Shown here: piece by piece, positions 19,409-28,174 of the stretch
How positions within the stretch are numbered: position 1 is the stretch's first letter
Layout: every line of letters starts with the position of its first letter
Assembly (NCBI RefSeq): GCF_000009045.1
Contig: NC_000964.3
Span: forward strand, 186,001-250,000
Source: Bacillus subtilis subsp. subtilis str. 168
Lineage (GTDB): Bacteria; Bacillota; Bacilli; Bacillales; Bacillaceae
Direction: 5' to 3'
DNA: 64,000 bases
Program-made: the position numbers and the translations under genes
The notes under the pieces: model-generated
Told to the model about the DNA's origin: nothing
Database searches by the model: none
What the model saw: only the letters and a program-made list of their open reading frames with translations

Positions 19409-20926
19409 ATGTTAGTTTCGCTGAGTTTGTCATCATTATTAACATTATTTTTTATTATGCTTATGGCTTCTGGGATTAGTGGACTATTGTTTTTACATCC
19501 GCGTGTACCCTTGAGTTTTGTTCGCATTCATATTGGGATCTTGGCTTTACCACTTTTGGTTTCCTTACTGATTCTTGCCAATAGTGGTGTGAGTGGAAAT
19601 GTTGGCCCTTGGCACTTAGATTCCTTAGCTTGTTTAATGACTTTCTTTGTTCTTGCAATTGGATTCATCATTCAGCGTTTTTCTGTACGTTACTTAATGG
19701 GGGATCGATCTTATCGAAAATATTTTACGCTTTTTACTTTCACAACAGGAGCTGCTTCAATGACATGGTTAAGTGGTGATCTCCGCTTGATGGTTCTATT
19801 TTGGGGAGCAACTCTTGTTGGTTTAACCTTACTTATAAGGTTAAACAGTGCTTGGCAAGTGGCTAGTGAAGCAGCCAAAATTTCTGGACGGTTATTTTTG
19901 TTAAGTTGGTTTTCTTTGTTTTTTGCGATGATGTGGCTTTTTCATGCCACAGGTCAATGGCAGCTATCATTGGTTGTAACAAATGAAAGTTTAGCTGGGC
20001 TGGGAGAATGGGAGAGAACAGGGATTCAGCTATTGATTGTACTGGCGGTGATCATTCCTGCAGCTCAATGGCCGTTCCAAAGATGGTTGGTTGAGTCTAT
20101 TGTTGCTCCCACCCCAGTTTCTGCAATTATGCATGCAGGTTTAGTAAATGCTGGAGGAATAATACTAACTCGATTTTCACCTCTATTTCATGGTGGTATC
20201 GCTTCGATTATCTTACTTCTGCTTGCTAGCATTTCTGTATTGATTGGAACTGGAATTAGTTTAGTTCAGGTTGATTATAAACGCCAGTTAGTAGGCTCCA
20301 CGATTGGACAAATGGGGTTTATGCTCATTCAGTGTGCATTAGGCGCCTATATAGCAGCCATTATTCACCTTATTTTACATGGTTTATTCAAGGCTACGTT
20401 GTTTCTACAGGCTGGTTCAGCAGTAGGGCGTCATGAAGTATCGACTCGCACTAATGAAAGAACATCCTATTTATGGGTCATGGCTGGTCGGATTTTATCC
20501 TTAGTTATAGGTGTTGCTTTTTGGCTCACTGCTCCTGGAGACGGGTATCACTTAATCAGTGCGCTGATCTTAGGGTGGTCATTGTCCGTTTCTTGGGATC
20601 AGCTTGTCGCTTTTGGAGAGGGCCGAATTGGCCGGATTGCCGGTTTAACTGTTTTAGGAGGAGCAGCCCTCGTATATTTTATCATTCATCACCTTTTCTA
20701 TAAGTGGCTGCATACAACCATTTTTCAAAGTGTTCAACCTCCAATGTCAGCTGTCATGATTGTCGTATGTCTCTTACTCTTTGGCAGTGCTTTAGGTACG
20801 TGGGTTGCTCGTCATCGTTCTTCCGTTTTTTTCGCGGTACTCTATCTTTGGTTAGTCCGATTAGGTGAAGCAAAACCAAAGTCAGTAGAGAGTCACCCAG
20901 ACTACCTTAAACAATATATTTCATAA
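19409..20926 (+). CDS. ndhF: NuoL/MrpA-like membrane subunit of an inorganic-carbon transporter (DabB/MpsA type)
   Basis: Polytopic; AQWPFQRWL, PTPVSAIMHAG, DYKRQL and HGLFKA motifs; adjacent to a DUF2309 gene. Confidence 0.92.
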   Translation: MLVSLSLSSLLTLFFIMLMASGISGLLFLHPRVPLSFVRIHIGILALPLLVSLLILANSGVSGNVGPWHLDSLACLMTFFVLAIGFIIQRFSVRYLMGDRSYRKYFTLFTFTTGAASMTWLSGDLRLMVLFWGATLVGLTLLIRLNSAWQVASEAAKISGRLFLLSWFSLFFAMMWLFHATGQWQLSLVVTNESLAGLGEWERTGIQLLIVLAVIIPAAQWPFQRWLVESIVAPTPVSAIMHAGLVNAGGIILTRFSPLFHGGIASIILLLLASISVLIGTGISLVQVDYKRQLVGSTIGQMGFMLIQCALGAYIAAIIHLILHGLFKATLFLQAGSAVGRHEVSTRTNERTSYLWVMAGRILSLVIGVAFWLTAPGDGYHLISALILGWSLSVSWDQLVAFGEGRIGRIAGLTVLGGAALVYFIIHHLFYKWLHTTIFQSVQPPMSAVMIVVCLLLFGSALGTWVARHRSSVFFAVLYLWLVRLGEAKPKSVESHPDYLKQYIS

Positions 20927-20940
20927 GGAGCTAATCTGAG

Positions 20941-23556
20941 ATGGGCATTACATCCGTATTAACGAAAGATAATGTAAAAAAGATAGATACAGATATTGAT
21001 GTTCAAGAAAGGGATCTTAACGTTTTCATTACATCTGCCAGCCGAGTGATTGCGCCACTTTGGCCTATTTCTACATTTGCTGCACGTAATCCGTGGATGG
21101 GACTTGAAAACCAACCTTTTGATCAGGTTGCAAGTTGGTTGAAAAACACTCGCGATGTTGATATATACCCTAGTGCGTCTATGATCCGTTCAGCAAAGAA
21201 TAAAGGTGAGATTGATGAAGATTTTGTGGAAATGGGGCTGCAGCGTTGGCTTGATTCACATTCCTATCACATCCCACGGGACGTAGCAGAGCGATTTTGT
21301 CATGCTGCATTAAAGTTAGATCCCCTGCCTTCCGACCTTTTATCATCACATGAGCTGGAGAAATTAGTAAGTGAATGTAGTGGATTGGATCATATCGAGA
21401 ATGTGTTTATGCAGCCACTAAGTTCGTATATAGAGAATCAAGATGGTGAAAGGCTAGTCAATATACTAGATCATCATGTCATTAAATGGAGTAAATTATA
21501 TCTTGATGACTCTCAAGCGGGTTGGACAATGCCTAATCGTGAGGAAGGTTTCTATCGTGCTTGGCAGCATCTTATTCAATATGATCCAGCACTTAGCAAA
21601 AAGCAGCGAGAAAGGGTAAAAGGTTGGCCGAAAGAGGCACATTTGGCTTTACAAGAAGCTTTATTCGCACTAGAAATCCCAGAGTCAGAAATCCAGACTT
21701 ATCTTGAAGGTCATTTACTTTCATTACCTGGATGGGCAGGGATGATGCTTTGGCGCTCCCAACAATCGAGCCACGAACATGCACTACTAACAGAATATTT
21801 AGCGGTTCGAATATCCATGGAGTGGGCTCTTATAAAGCCATACTTACCTTTGACTAATGAACGATCTAAGAAAACAATTTCAATTGCTCCCCTTATAGCA
21901 GCTTGGATTCATTGGGGTGGGCTTACATTAGAAGAATGGTCACAGATGACGGCCAGTGAACAAAACGAATATTTATCATTTGCCTACAGCTTTGATGAGA
22001 AACTTCGCAAGAAACTTTGGTTAGAAGCTTGGGAACAAACGTACACTGATCGATTAAGCCAGAAGATCATCTCGAAACAACGTGAAACCGGCCGTGAAAA
22101 ATCTGCATTAGCTCAATTAGCATTCTGCATCGATGTACGATCAGAACCTTTTCGTCGTCAACTAGAAAAAGAAGGCCCGTTTGAAACGATTGGTATTGCT
22201 GGTTTCTTCGGGGTGCCGATTGCAACTTGTGAACTTGGCAGTAAACACAGTCATGCTTCCTTGCCGATCATACAAAAACCGCAAAATAAAATAAAAGAGT
22301 TCGCAGATGAGGATGTATTCAAAAAATACAATCAACGGAAGCAAGCAATTCATTCTTTAAGCCATACCTTTAAAACGATGAAGCAGAATGCGCTTTCGAG
22401 CTTACTACTGCCTGAGCTAAGTGGACCTTGGCTTACTCTGCAAATGGCAGCCCGTAGCTTTGTGCCAAGAAAGGCGGGTCGTTTCATTCGTAATCTCCGT
22501 GAGGCTTGGTTACGCAAACCTGATACAAAACTCTCGCTTCATCATGATGCTACAGAGGCAGAAATACCTGTGGGTTTTACTGATGAAGAAAAAGTGAACT
22601 ATGCTCGCCAAGCATTAAAAATGATGGGGTTAACAGAGAACATCGCACCATTGGTCGTGATTTGTGGGCATGGCAGTCAAAGTACTAATAATCCTTATTC
22701 TGCAGCCCTTGATTGTGGTGCCTGTGGTGGAGCGGCCGGTGGATTCAATGCAAGAGTTTTAGCTGCTTTATGTAATCTATCAGAGGTACGAGAAGCTCTT
22801 TTAGCTGAAGGAATTAAAATTCCTGAGGATACAGTTTTTGCAGCAGCTGAACATAATACAACAGTAGATGAATTACATTGGCTTTATGTACCAGAGCTTT
22901 CCGAAGCTGCACAAGAAGCATTTGAACAAATTGAAGCCGTTATGCCGAAAGTGAGACATCATGTAAACGCAGAACGTCTAGCCCAATTACCGAATTTCCA
23001 ATCGAAGCTAAAAAATCCGAAGGCTGAGGCAAACCGATTTGCGGAAGATTGGAGTGAGATACGTCCGGAATGGGGACTGGCTCGTAATGCCGCTTTTATT
23101 ATCGGTAAACGTGAATTAACTCAGGATTGTGATTTGGAAGGCAGAGCCTTTCTCCATAATTATGATTGGAAGCAGGATGAAAGCGGTGAACTCCTAGCAA
23201 ATATTATTGTAGGACCTGGAACTGTAGCCCAATGGATTAATTTACAATATTACGCATCAACGGTAGCACCTCATTATTATGGCAGCGGAAATAAAGCAAC
23301 TCAAACCGTTACTGCAGGTCTCGGCGTTATGCAGGGGAATGCAAGCGATTTGTTAGCCGGACTGCCTTGGCAATCCGTCATGGAATCAGATCACGAGGCC
23401 TATCATTCTCCTCTTCGTTTATTGATACTCATCCAAGCACCTAGAGAATATGTAGAACGGTTATTAAATCATGATTCAGCATTTCTGCAAAAAGTTCAAA
23501 ATGGATGGGTCCGACTGGCTAGTCTTGATCCAGAAGGATGTTGGGAAAGCTGGTAA
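20941..23556 (+). CDS. ybcC: DUF2309 soluble subunit (DabA/MpsB type), beta-carbonic-anhydrase-like Zn site
   Basis: FCIDVRSE, GHGS, LDCGACGG and EHNTT motifs. Confidence 0.92.
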   Translation: MGITSVLTKDNVKKIDTDIDVQERDLNVFITSASRVIAPLWPISTFAARNPWMGLENQPFDQVASWLKNTRDVDIYPSASMIRSAKNKGEIDEDFVEMGLQRWLDSHSYHIPRDVAERFCHAALKLDPLPSDLLSSHELEKLVSECSGLDHIENVFMQPLSSYIENQDGERLVNILDHHVIKWSKLYLDDSQAGWTMPNREEGFYRAWQHLIQYDPALSKKQRERVKGWPKEAHLALQEALFALEIPESEIQTYLEGHLLSLPGWAGMMLWRSQQSSHEHALLTEYLAVRISMEWALIKPYLPLTNERSKKTISIAPLIAAWIHWGGLTLEEWSQMTASEQNEYLSFAYSFDEKLRKKLWLEAWEQTYTDRLSQKIISKQRETGREKSALAQLAFCIDVRSEPFRRQLEKEGPFETIGIAGFFGVPIATCELGSKHSHASLPIIQKPQNKIKEFADEDVFKKYNQRKQAIHSLSHTFKTMKQNALSSLLLPELSGPWLTLQMAARSFVPRKAGRFIRNLREAWLRKPDTKLSLHHDATEAEIPVGFTDEEKVNYARQALKMMGLTENIAPLVVICGHGSQSTNNPYSAALDCGACGGAAGGFNARVLAALCNLSEVREALLAEGIKIPEDTVFAAAEHNTTVDELHWLYVPELSEAAQEAFEQIEAVMPKVRHHVNAERLAQLPNFQSKLKNPKAEANRFAEDWSEIRPEWGLARNAAFIIGKRELTQDCDLEGRAFLHNYDWKQDESGELLANIIVGPGTVAQWINLQYYASTVAPHYYGSGNKATQTVTAGLGVMQGNASDLLAGLPWQSVMESDHEAYHSPLRLLILIQAPREYVERLLNHDSAFLQKVQNGWVRLASLDPEGCWESW

Positions 23557-23632
23557 TGATGAATCTAAGCATTTATCAAATGGATTTGTTACTCAATACA
23601 AAAATGATAAACATAAGGAAGAGGTGTGCTGT

Positions 23633-24160
23633 ATGAATGTAAACCAAAATAAAAAAGTATTATTTTTGACGGATATTGAAAACGGTTTGGAGCCTATTTT
23701 ACAAGAAGCGACTAACACTTCTGCAGAGAATATGTTGACTATACAAAGCTATGGTGCCAGTATTTCACATCCTTATGGAGAAATCATGAGGTCTGTTATT
23801 TTTGCGATTTACCAGGAAGATGTTGAGGAGATTTTTGTAGTAGGAACAAAAGATAAGAAGACTTCTGCAGGTAATGGACTAACTCAACTTGAAACAATGA
23901 AAGATAAAATACAAACATTGGATTATCTGTTTCAAAATTGCAAGCCTGAATTTTTAGGTGGTACGGTCGATGAATGGCTAAATGAAAATAGCAGTGACAC
24001 CATTGAAAAAAGTGTTGATATGATTCGACATCATCCCCTAGTGCCGTCATATGTTAAAGTTAGAGGTTTATTCGTTAATCATAAGGGTGGAAAACCCTCA
24101 ATCGCGGAGGTTCCTGATGTTAAAACAGGTCAAGCCATGCCTGATCATTGCTTGTCATGA
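23633..24160 (+). CDS. ybcF: Beta-carbonic anhydrase-like protein lacking zinc ligands
   Basis: Start MNVNQ behind GAGGTG; HPYGEIMRSVIFAIY and IRHHPLVP resemble clade-D beta-CA. Confidence 0.8.
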   Translation: MNVNQNKKVLFLTDIENGLEPILQEATNTSAENMLTIQSYGASISHPYGEIMRSVIFAIYQEDVEEIFVVGTKDKKTSAGNGLTQLETMKDKIQTLDYLFQNCKPEFLGGTVDEWLNENSSDTIEKSVDMIRHHPLVPSYVKVRGLFVNHKGGKPSIAEVPDVKTGQAMPDHCLS

Positions 24161-24223
24161 TGAAATGCAGGTTTAACTTCTAAACGCACCCATATATGGA
24201 GAAAGCAGTTCTAAGGAGATTGT

Positions 24224-24514
24224 ATGAGCGCTAATTTAACTGATTTTGTCACGAAAACAATAGAGGAAATGAACTCGTTTGATCGTGAAAATATGGAATG
24301 TATAAAAAAACTAATTAGAAAAGCAATTGATTTTTATCATCTAAAGTCTTATGAAGAAGTTGAGGAAACCCATTCAGGAAATGTTCGATTTTTGCATGTC
24401 CACTCTATGATGGAAGAAAATATGTTATCCAAAATGATAGTGGTCACAAGAAACGGTAAAACTGATTTGGATATTGAAGGTGTATATGAAGGATATGTTG
24501 TAAGAGAATATTAA
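24224..24514 (+). CDS. ybcH: Hypothetical protein
   Basis: 96 aa ORF with SD AAGGAG, inside the operon. Confidence 0.8.
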   Translation: MSANLTDFVTKTIEEMNSFDRENMECIKKLIRKAIDFYHLKSYEEVEETHSGNVRFLHVHSMMEENMLSKMIVVTRNGKTDLDIEGVYEGYVVREY

Positions 24515-24571
24515 TGAGACGAAATCACAAATAGAATATGCCAATTTTTTTGCTCAGGAGATGTATTAGAT

Positions 24572-24946
24572 ATGAAAAAGTCTAAGGGTTCTATTGAATC
24601 AGAGATCAGTAAGTCCATTACTCAATGGGAGAAGGATTATCTTGGGCGGGGGTCTGTATCTGTTAAGACTGATATACTGCGGGACATGATCATCGTCAAT
24701 TTAAAAGGGATTTTAACACCAGCCGAATATGTAGTTTGTGGATCAAAAGAGGGTATGTTATCTATCAAACAAACTCGTTCAGAGTTAGTCGAATCAGGTA
24801 TAGAAGGCCTTAAGGATATTATCTTAAAAATAACCGGAGAAAAAGTGAAAAGTTTTCATACTGATTTAAGCTCCCGGACAGGTGAACGAGTGATGGTATT
24901 TAAATTATGTAATGATCTAGAGAAAAATTTGGAAAAGATCTTATAA
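24572..24946 (+). CDS. ybcI: DUF2294 (MpsC-like) protein
   Basis: EKDYLGRGSVSVKTDIL and FHTDLSSRTGERVMVF family motifs. Confidence 0.88.
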   Translation: MKKSKGSIESEISKSITQWEKDYLGRGSVSVKTDILRDMIIVNLKGILTPAEYVVCGSKEGMLSIKQTRSELVESGIEGLKDIILKITGEKVKSFHTDLSSRTGERVMVFKLCNDLEKNLEKIL

Positions 24947-25112
24947 TCTAAAGAAAATAAATGTTTTGACGGTGTGGAATTTGTTGTGAATTGAACATAA
25001 AGAACTGCCGATTCTTTTGTTTTACAATTATGGTATCATTGATAACTTTTATTCATATCCTAAGCGGACATAAAGAGATGTCAATTCATAGTACACTGTC
25101 ATGTTATTCCTG

Positions 25113-25158
25113 TCGAAAGATCTAACATCCGCTGTTGTTATGAGCGGATGTTTTTTTA
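25113..25158 (+). repeat. Terminator-containing direct repeat, copy 1
   Basis: TCGAAAGATCTAACATCCGCT...AGCGGATGTTTTTTT; similar copy at 27034. Confidence 0.8.
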
Positions 25159-25393
25159 CATCTATTTTAAATACATGAATTTGATGCTGGTGATTAGTCA
25201 CTTGAACAATATTTGAAAACATCCTTGTCACCTGCCGGGTTTCCCCAAGTGTTTAGTGACATGATTATGAGACCAACTTCGTAAAGCTTGCTGATAAATT
25301 TAAGCGGTGAACAAAATTGATATGCTGTCTTCAGTTTCATTTCACGGAATTAGTCAGAGATAAACCTTTAATTAAATATATCCAAAAAACGGA

Positions 25394-25421
25394 TTGACAT
25401 ATCGAAATATAACGATATAAT
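25394..25421 (+). promoter_or_regulatory. sigmaA promoter of ybzH overlapping an ATATCG-N8-CGATAT operator
   Basis: TTGACA-16-TATAAT; ATG begins 8 nt after the -10 and has no SD. Confidence 0.75.
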
Positions 25422-25428
25422 AATCGAT

Positions 25429-25731
25429 ATGGAACCAATTGAAGTATTCAAAGCCTTATCAAATGAATCAAGGCTGCAAATTTTACAATGGCTGAAGGAG
25501 CCCGATCGTCATTTTGCACCCCATGAAGGGATTGATATGAACACAATCGGGGTATGTGTCAGTCAAATAACAGACAAATTGAAAATGACGCAATCGACAG
25601 CTTCTCAATATCTTACCATCCTTTTAAGAGCCGGCCTAATTAAGGCGGAGCGAATCGGAAAGTACACGTATTATAAAAGAGATGAAGAAGCCATTGGGAA
25701 ACTTGCTGACTTTCTTAAAACAGAGATATAA
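25429..25731 (+). CDS. ybzH: ArsR/SmtB-family repressor
   Basis: FKALSNESRLQIL...TQSTASQYLTIL..AGLI. Confidence 0.9.
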   Translation: MEPIEVFKALSNESRLQILQWLKEPDRHFAPHEGIDMNTIGVCVSQITDKLKMTQSTASQYLTILLRAGLIKAERIGKYTYYKRDEEAIGKLADFLKTEI

Positions 25732-25767
25732 AAATAAACATCAAAAGATGTTTATTTTTACACCATA

Positions 25768-25829
25768 CATATCGACATATTACGATGTGTTTATTTTTTT
25801 ATAATAACATATCGATAATTCGTGATATG
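25768..25829. promoter_or_regulatory. Two further CATATCG-N8-YGATRTG operators upstream of ybcL
   Basis: 25768-25789 and 25808-25829; same palindrome as at the ybzH promoter. Confidence 0.7.
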
Positions 25830-25858
25830 TTTATTAATAATTAAGGAGTGAATGTTTT

Positions 25859-27031
25859 ATGTCTAACACTTGGAAAATTTATATTTTAGCCATTGTCAGC
25901 TTTTTAGTTGGAACCTCAGAGTACATCATTTCCGGAATTTTGGATCAAATTGCTCATACTCTCGGGATCACTTTAGCTGCCGCGGGCCAGCTTATTACCA
26001 TTTTCTCACTTGTATATGCTCTTTCTACACCCGTACTTATGGCGTTGACAGCAAGTATGGATAGACGCAAATTGATGATGTATGCCCTAGGTTTGTTTGT
26101 GTTCGGTAATGTCCTGGCTTTTGTACTGCCTGGTTATGGATGGTTTATTGCAGCGCGGATCATTATGGCGATGGGAGCAGGTGTGGTTGTTGTCACCGCA
26201 TTAACGATTGCCGCTAAGATTGCATCGGAAGGGAAGCAGGGCAGTGCCATCGCTACGGTCGTGATGGGATTTACCGCTTCTTTAATCATTGGTGTTCCGC
26301 TTGGAAGAATGATAGCAGTAGCATTAGGCTGGAAGTCTGTATTTGGAGCCATTGCTTTGTTGGGATTGATCGCAATGGTCGTTATTTTCTTTACTCTTCC
26401 GTATACTGAAGGGGATAAGCCTGTGCCTTTGCTTCAACAGCTTGCTCTTTTCAAAAAACGGAAAGTGGCTATGGGATTATCAATCACTTTCTTCTGGCTC
26501 GGGGGATATTCTGTTGCTTACACTTATTTGTCACCGTATCTCTTGAACATCTCAGGTATAAATGGCAAGCTGCTCAGCGGTGTTTTGCTTATATTTGGAA
26601 TTGCCAGTTTGGTTGGATCGAAGTTTGGGGGATATAGCACCGATAAATGGGGAGTGCCCTTTACACTCGTTGGCGGGATGACGTTGCATATCGTCACACT
26701 GATTCTGCTGTCACTTGTTACTCATTCCTATATCGGAGTGTTGGTGATTCTCATATTATGGTCGTTTGCCGCATGGTCCACCGGTCCGACACAGCAATTT
26801 CACCTGGCTACAATAGAACCGGAAATGTCAGGTGTTTTGCTTAGCATGAATCAGTCAATGATGCAATTCGCCATGGCGGTCGGCGCAGGTATAGGAGGGG
26901 TTTTTGTGGAAAACGTATCATTGGCCTCGATTACCTGGGTTGGTGCGTTAGGGGTTATGATTGCAATTATTGCATCATTGCTGATTTTCAATTCGCAACC
27001 GAAACAAGCGCTAAAAGATATCAATCAATAA
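25859..27031 (+). CDS. ybcL: MFS efflux transporter
   Basis: About 12 TM helices; MFS motif A-like ASMDRRKL. Confidence 0.92.
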   Translation: MSNTWKIYILAIVSFLVGTSEYIISGILDQIAHTLGITLAAAGQLITIFSLVYALSTPVLMALTASMDRRKLMMYALGLFVFGNVLAFVLPGYGWFIAARIIMAMGAGVVVVTALTIAAKIASEGKQGSAIATVVMGFTASLIIGVPLGRMIAVALGWKSVFGAIALLGLIAMVVIFFTLPYTEGDKPVPLLQQLALFKKRKVAMGLSITFFWLGGYSVAYTYLSPYLLNISGINGKLLSGVLLIFGIASLVGSKFGGYSTDKWGVPFTLVGGMTLHIVTLILLSLVTHSYIGVLVILILWSFAAWSTGPTQQFHLATIEPEMSGVLLSMNQSMMQFAMAVGAGIGGVFVENVSLASITWVGALGVMIAIIASLLIFNSQPKQALKDINQ

Positions 27032-27033
27032 TT

Positions 27034-27080
27034 TCGAAAGTTCTAACATCCGCTCGTTATACAAGCGGGTGTTTTTTTTA
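27034..27080 (+). repeat. Terminator-containing direct repeat, copy 2
   Basis: TCGAAAGTTCTAACATCCGCT...AGCGGGTGTTTTTTT. Confidence 0.8.
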
Positions 27081-27126
27081 GCGTAGTCAGTCCATGCATG
27101 AGTCTTCCAAGGGCCGACATCGTTCT

Positions 27127-27510
27127 GTATGTGTCGAAGGTGCACTGAAGCTGAATGAGATTTCTTAAGGCTTTGCCGCGGCGAGCTGAAGTACAGTACG
27201 ATTGCCTTGATCGAACACTGGAAACACAAGAGAACGTAAACCTGAACATCCGCGTAAACGTCAAGGAAGTTGCCACTTGGGGAGTAAACACTTGCATCAT
27301 CTCGCTGAAAGGCCTAGACAATGCGGATGACAGATTCGTATTGCCGGAAGTAAACACAGCGCTTGCTCTGTTTCCGTTGTCGATTGCAGCTGATTGCTTA
27401 CTAATGCTGCCCTGCATCTCGGTTGTGATGTCGATAAGCAGCGTAATGAAGAGTGTTACTGTGGAGTAAGATGTTTAACCCCTCTGGATATTTTAGCCGA
27501 AGGGGTTTTT
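27127..27510 (+). pseudogene. ybcM: Degenerate duplicate of the glmS 3' end and terminator (contains the ybcM ORF 27155-27469)
   Basis: Collinear with 15696-16120, e.g. GTATGTGTCGAAGG, GATGACAGATTCGTATTGCCGGAAGTAAAC, GAAGAGTGTTACTGTGGAGTAA; small deletions and frameshifts. Confidence 0.93.
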
Positions 27511-27856
27511 AGTATAGATATTTGATTTAAATTACAGGAGACTTCATTCATTTAACCAAAGTCATTGCTTTCTTAATCACTAAAGTTTATTTGAAAATAA
27601 TCTCTTGATTTAATTTCCTCGAAGAGATTTTTTGTCAATCTATTAGGCATCAGAATTTTTATAACATAATGGACCGTCTTTTTGACGTTTTGTTTATAGA
27701 ACAAGAAAATATTCAAAACATAAGTGGAAAATTAGGGGTGAGCTCCTGTTTTTCTCGAGAGGATAGCTTGTCAGCTTTTCTATTTTTAAAGGGTTAAAAT
27801 ATTCTATTTATACTAATTAATGTAATTTTTAGGATAATATACAAAATCCCCCTTAC

Positions 27857-27881
27857 TTCGACAATTGCAATCTGGTATTAT
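27857..27881 (+). promoter_or_regulatory. skf promoter with Spo0A box
   Basis: TTCGACA (reverse 0A box TGTCGAA) at 27857-27863; extended -10 TGnTATTAT. Confidence 0.75.
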
Positions 27882-27940
27882 CGTATCGCATGGGAGCTAT
27901 GTCAATAGACTCTATGCAAAAATTGAGAGGAGGTTTACTT

Positions 27941-28108
27941 ATGAAAAGAAACCAAAAAGAATGGGAATCTGTGAGTAAAAAAGGACTTATGAAGCCGGGA
28001 GGTACTTCGATTGTGAAAGCTGCTGGCTGCATGGGCTGTTGGGCCTCGAAGAGTATTGCTATGACACGTGTTTGTGCACTTCCGCATCCTGCTATGAGAG
28101 CTATTTAA
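27941..28108 (+). CDS. skfA: Sporulation killing factor precursor (sactipeptide)
   Basis: 55 aa from MKRNQK behind GAGGAGG; core CMGCWASKSIAMTRVCALPHPAMRAI. Confidence 0.97.
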   Translation: MKRNQKEWESVSKKGLMKPGGTSIVKAAGCMGCWASKSIAMTRVCALPHPAMRAI

Positions 28109-28174
28109 CATTTGAGAATAGGGAGTTGAGCGTATTTGCTTATACTCCTTATTTTCTCTTAAGGGGGATTTTAT

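Larger units (their letters stand above)
16080..27510. mobile_element. AT-rich genomic island at the glmS 3' end (left part of the region usually called prophage 1); probable decayed Tn7-like element
   Basis: Bounded by glmS and a degenerate copy of its 3' end; tnsA relic at the glmS-proximal end; visibly AT-rich cargo; no intact transposase, integrase or phage gene. Confidence 0.7.

Noticed and set aside
19252-19527. 91-aa minus-strand ORF
   Set aside because: Antisense to the ndhF start and leader in AT-rich DNA; no SD or recognisable motif
19409-20926. NdhF as a respiratory NADH dehydrogenase subunit
   Set aside because: No other complex I genes; pairing with DUF2309 indicates a DabB/MpsA-type subunit
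25160-25390. Further transposon-gene relics (tnsB/C/D) in this spacer
   Set aside because: The frames I translated by eye gave no recognisable motifs; a frameshift-aware search would be needed
27080-27127. Tn7 left end (TnsB repeats, terminal ACA)
   Set aside because: No convincing repeated TnsB-like sites; the ACA at 27117 is expected by chance
27043-27469. ORFs 27155-27469 (+) and 27043-27417 (-) as real genes
   Set aside because: Both arise from the degenerate glmS duplicate; no good SD and the frame is scrambled
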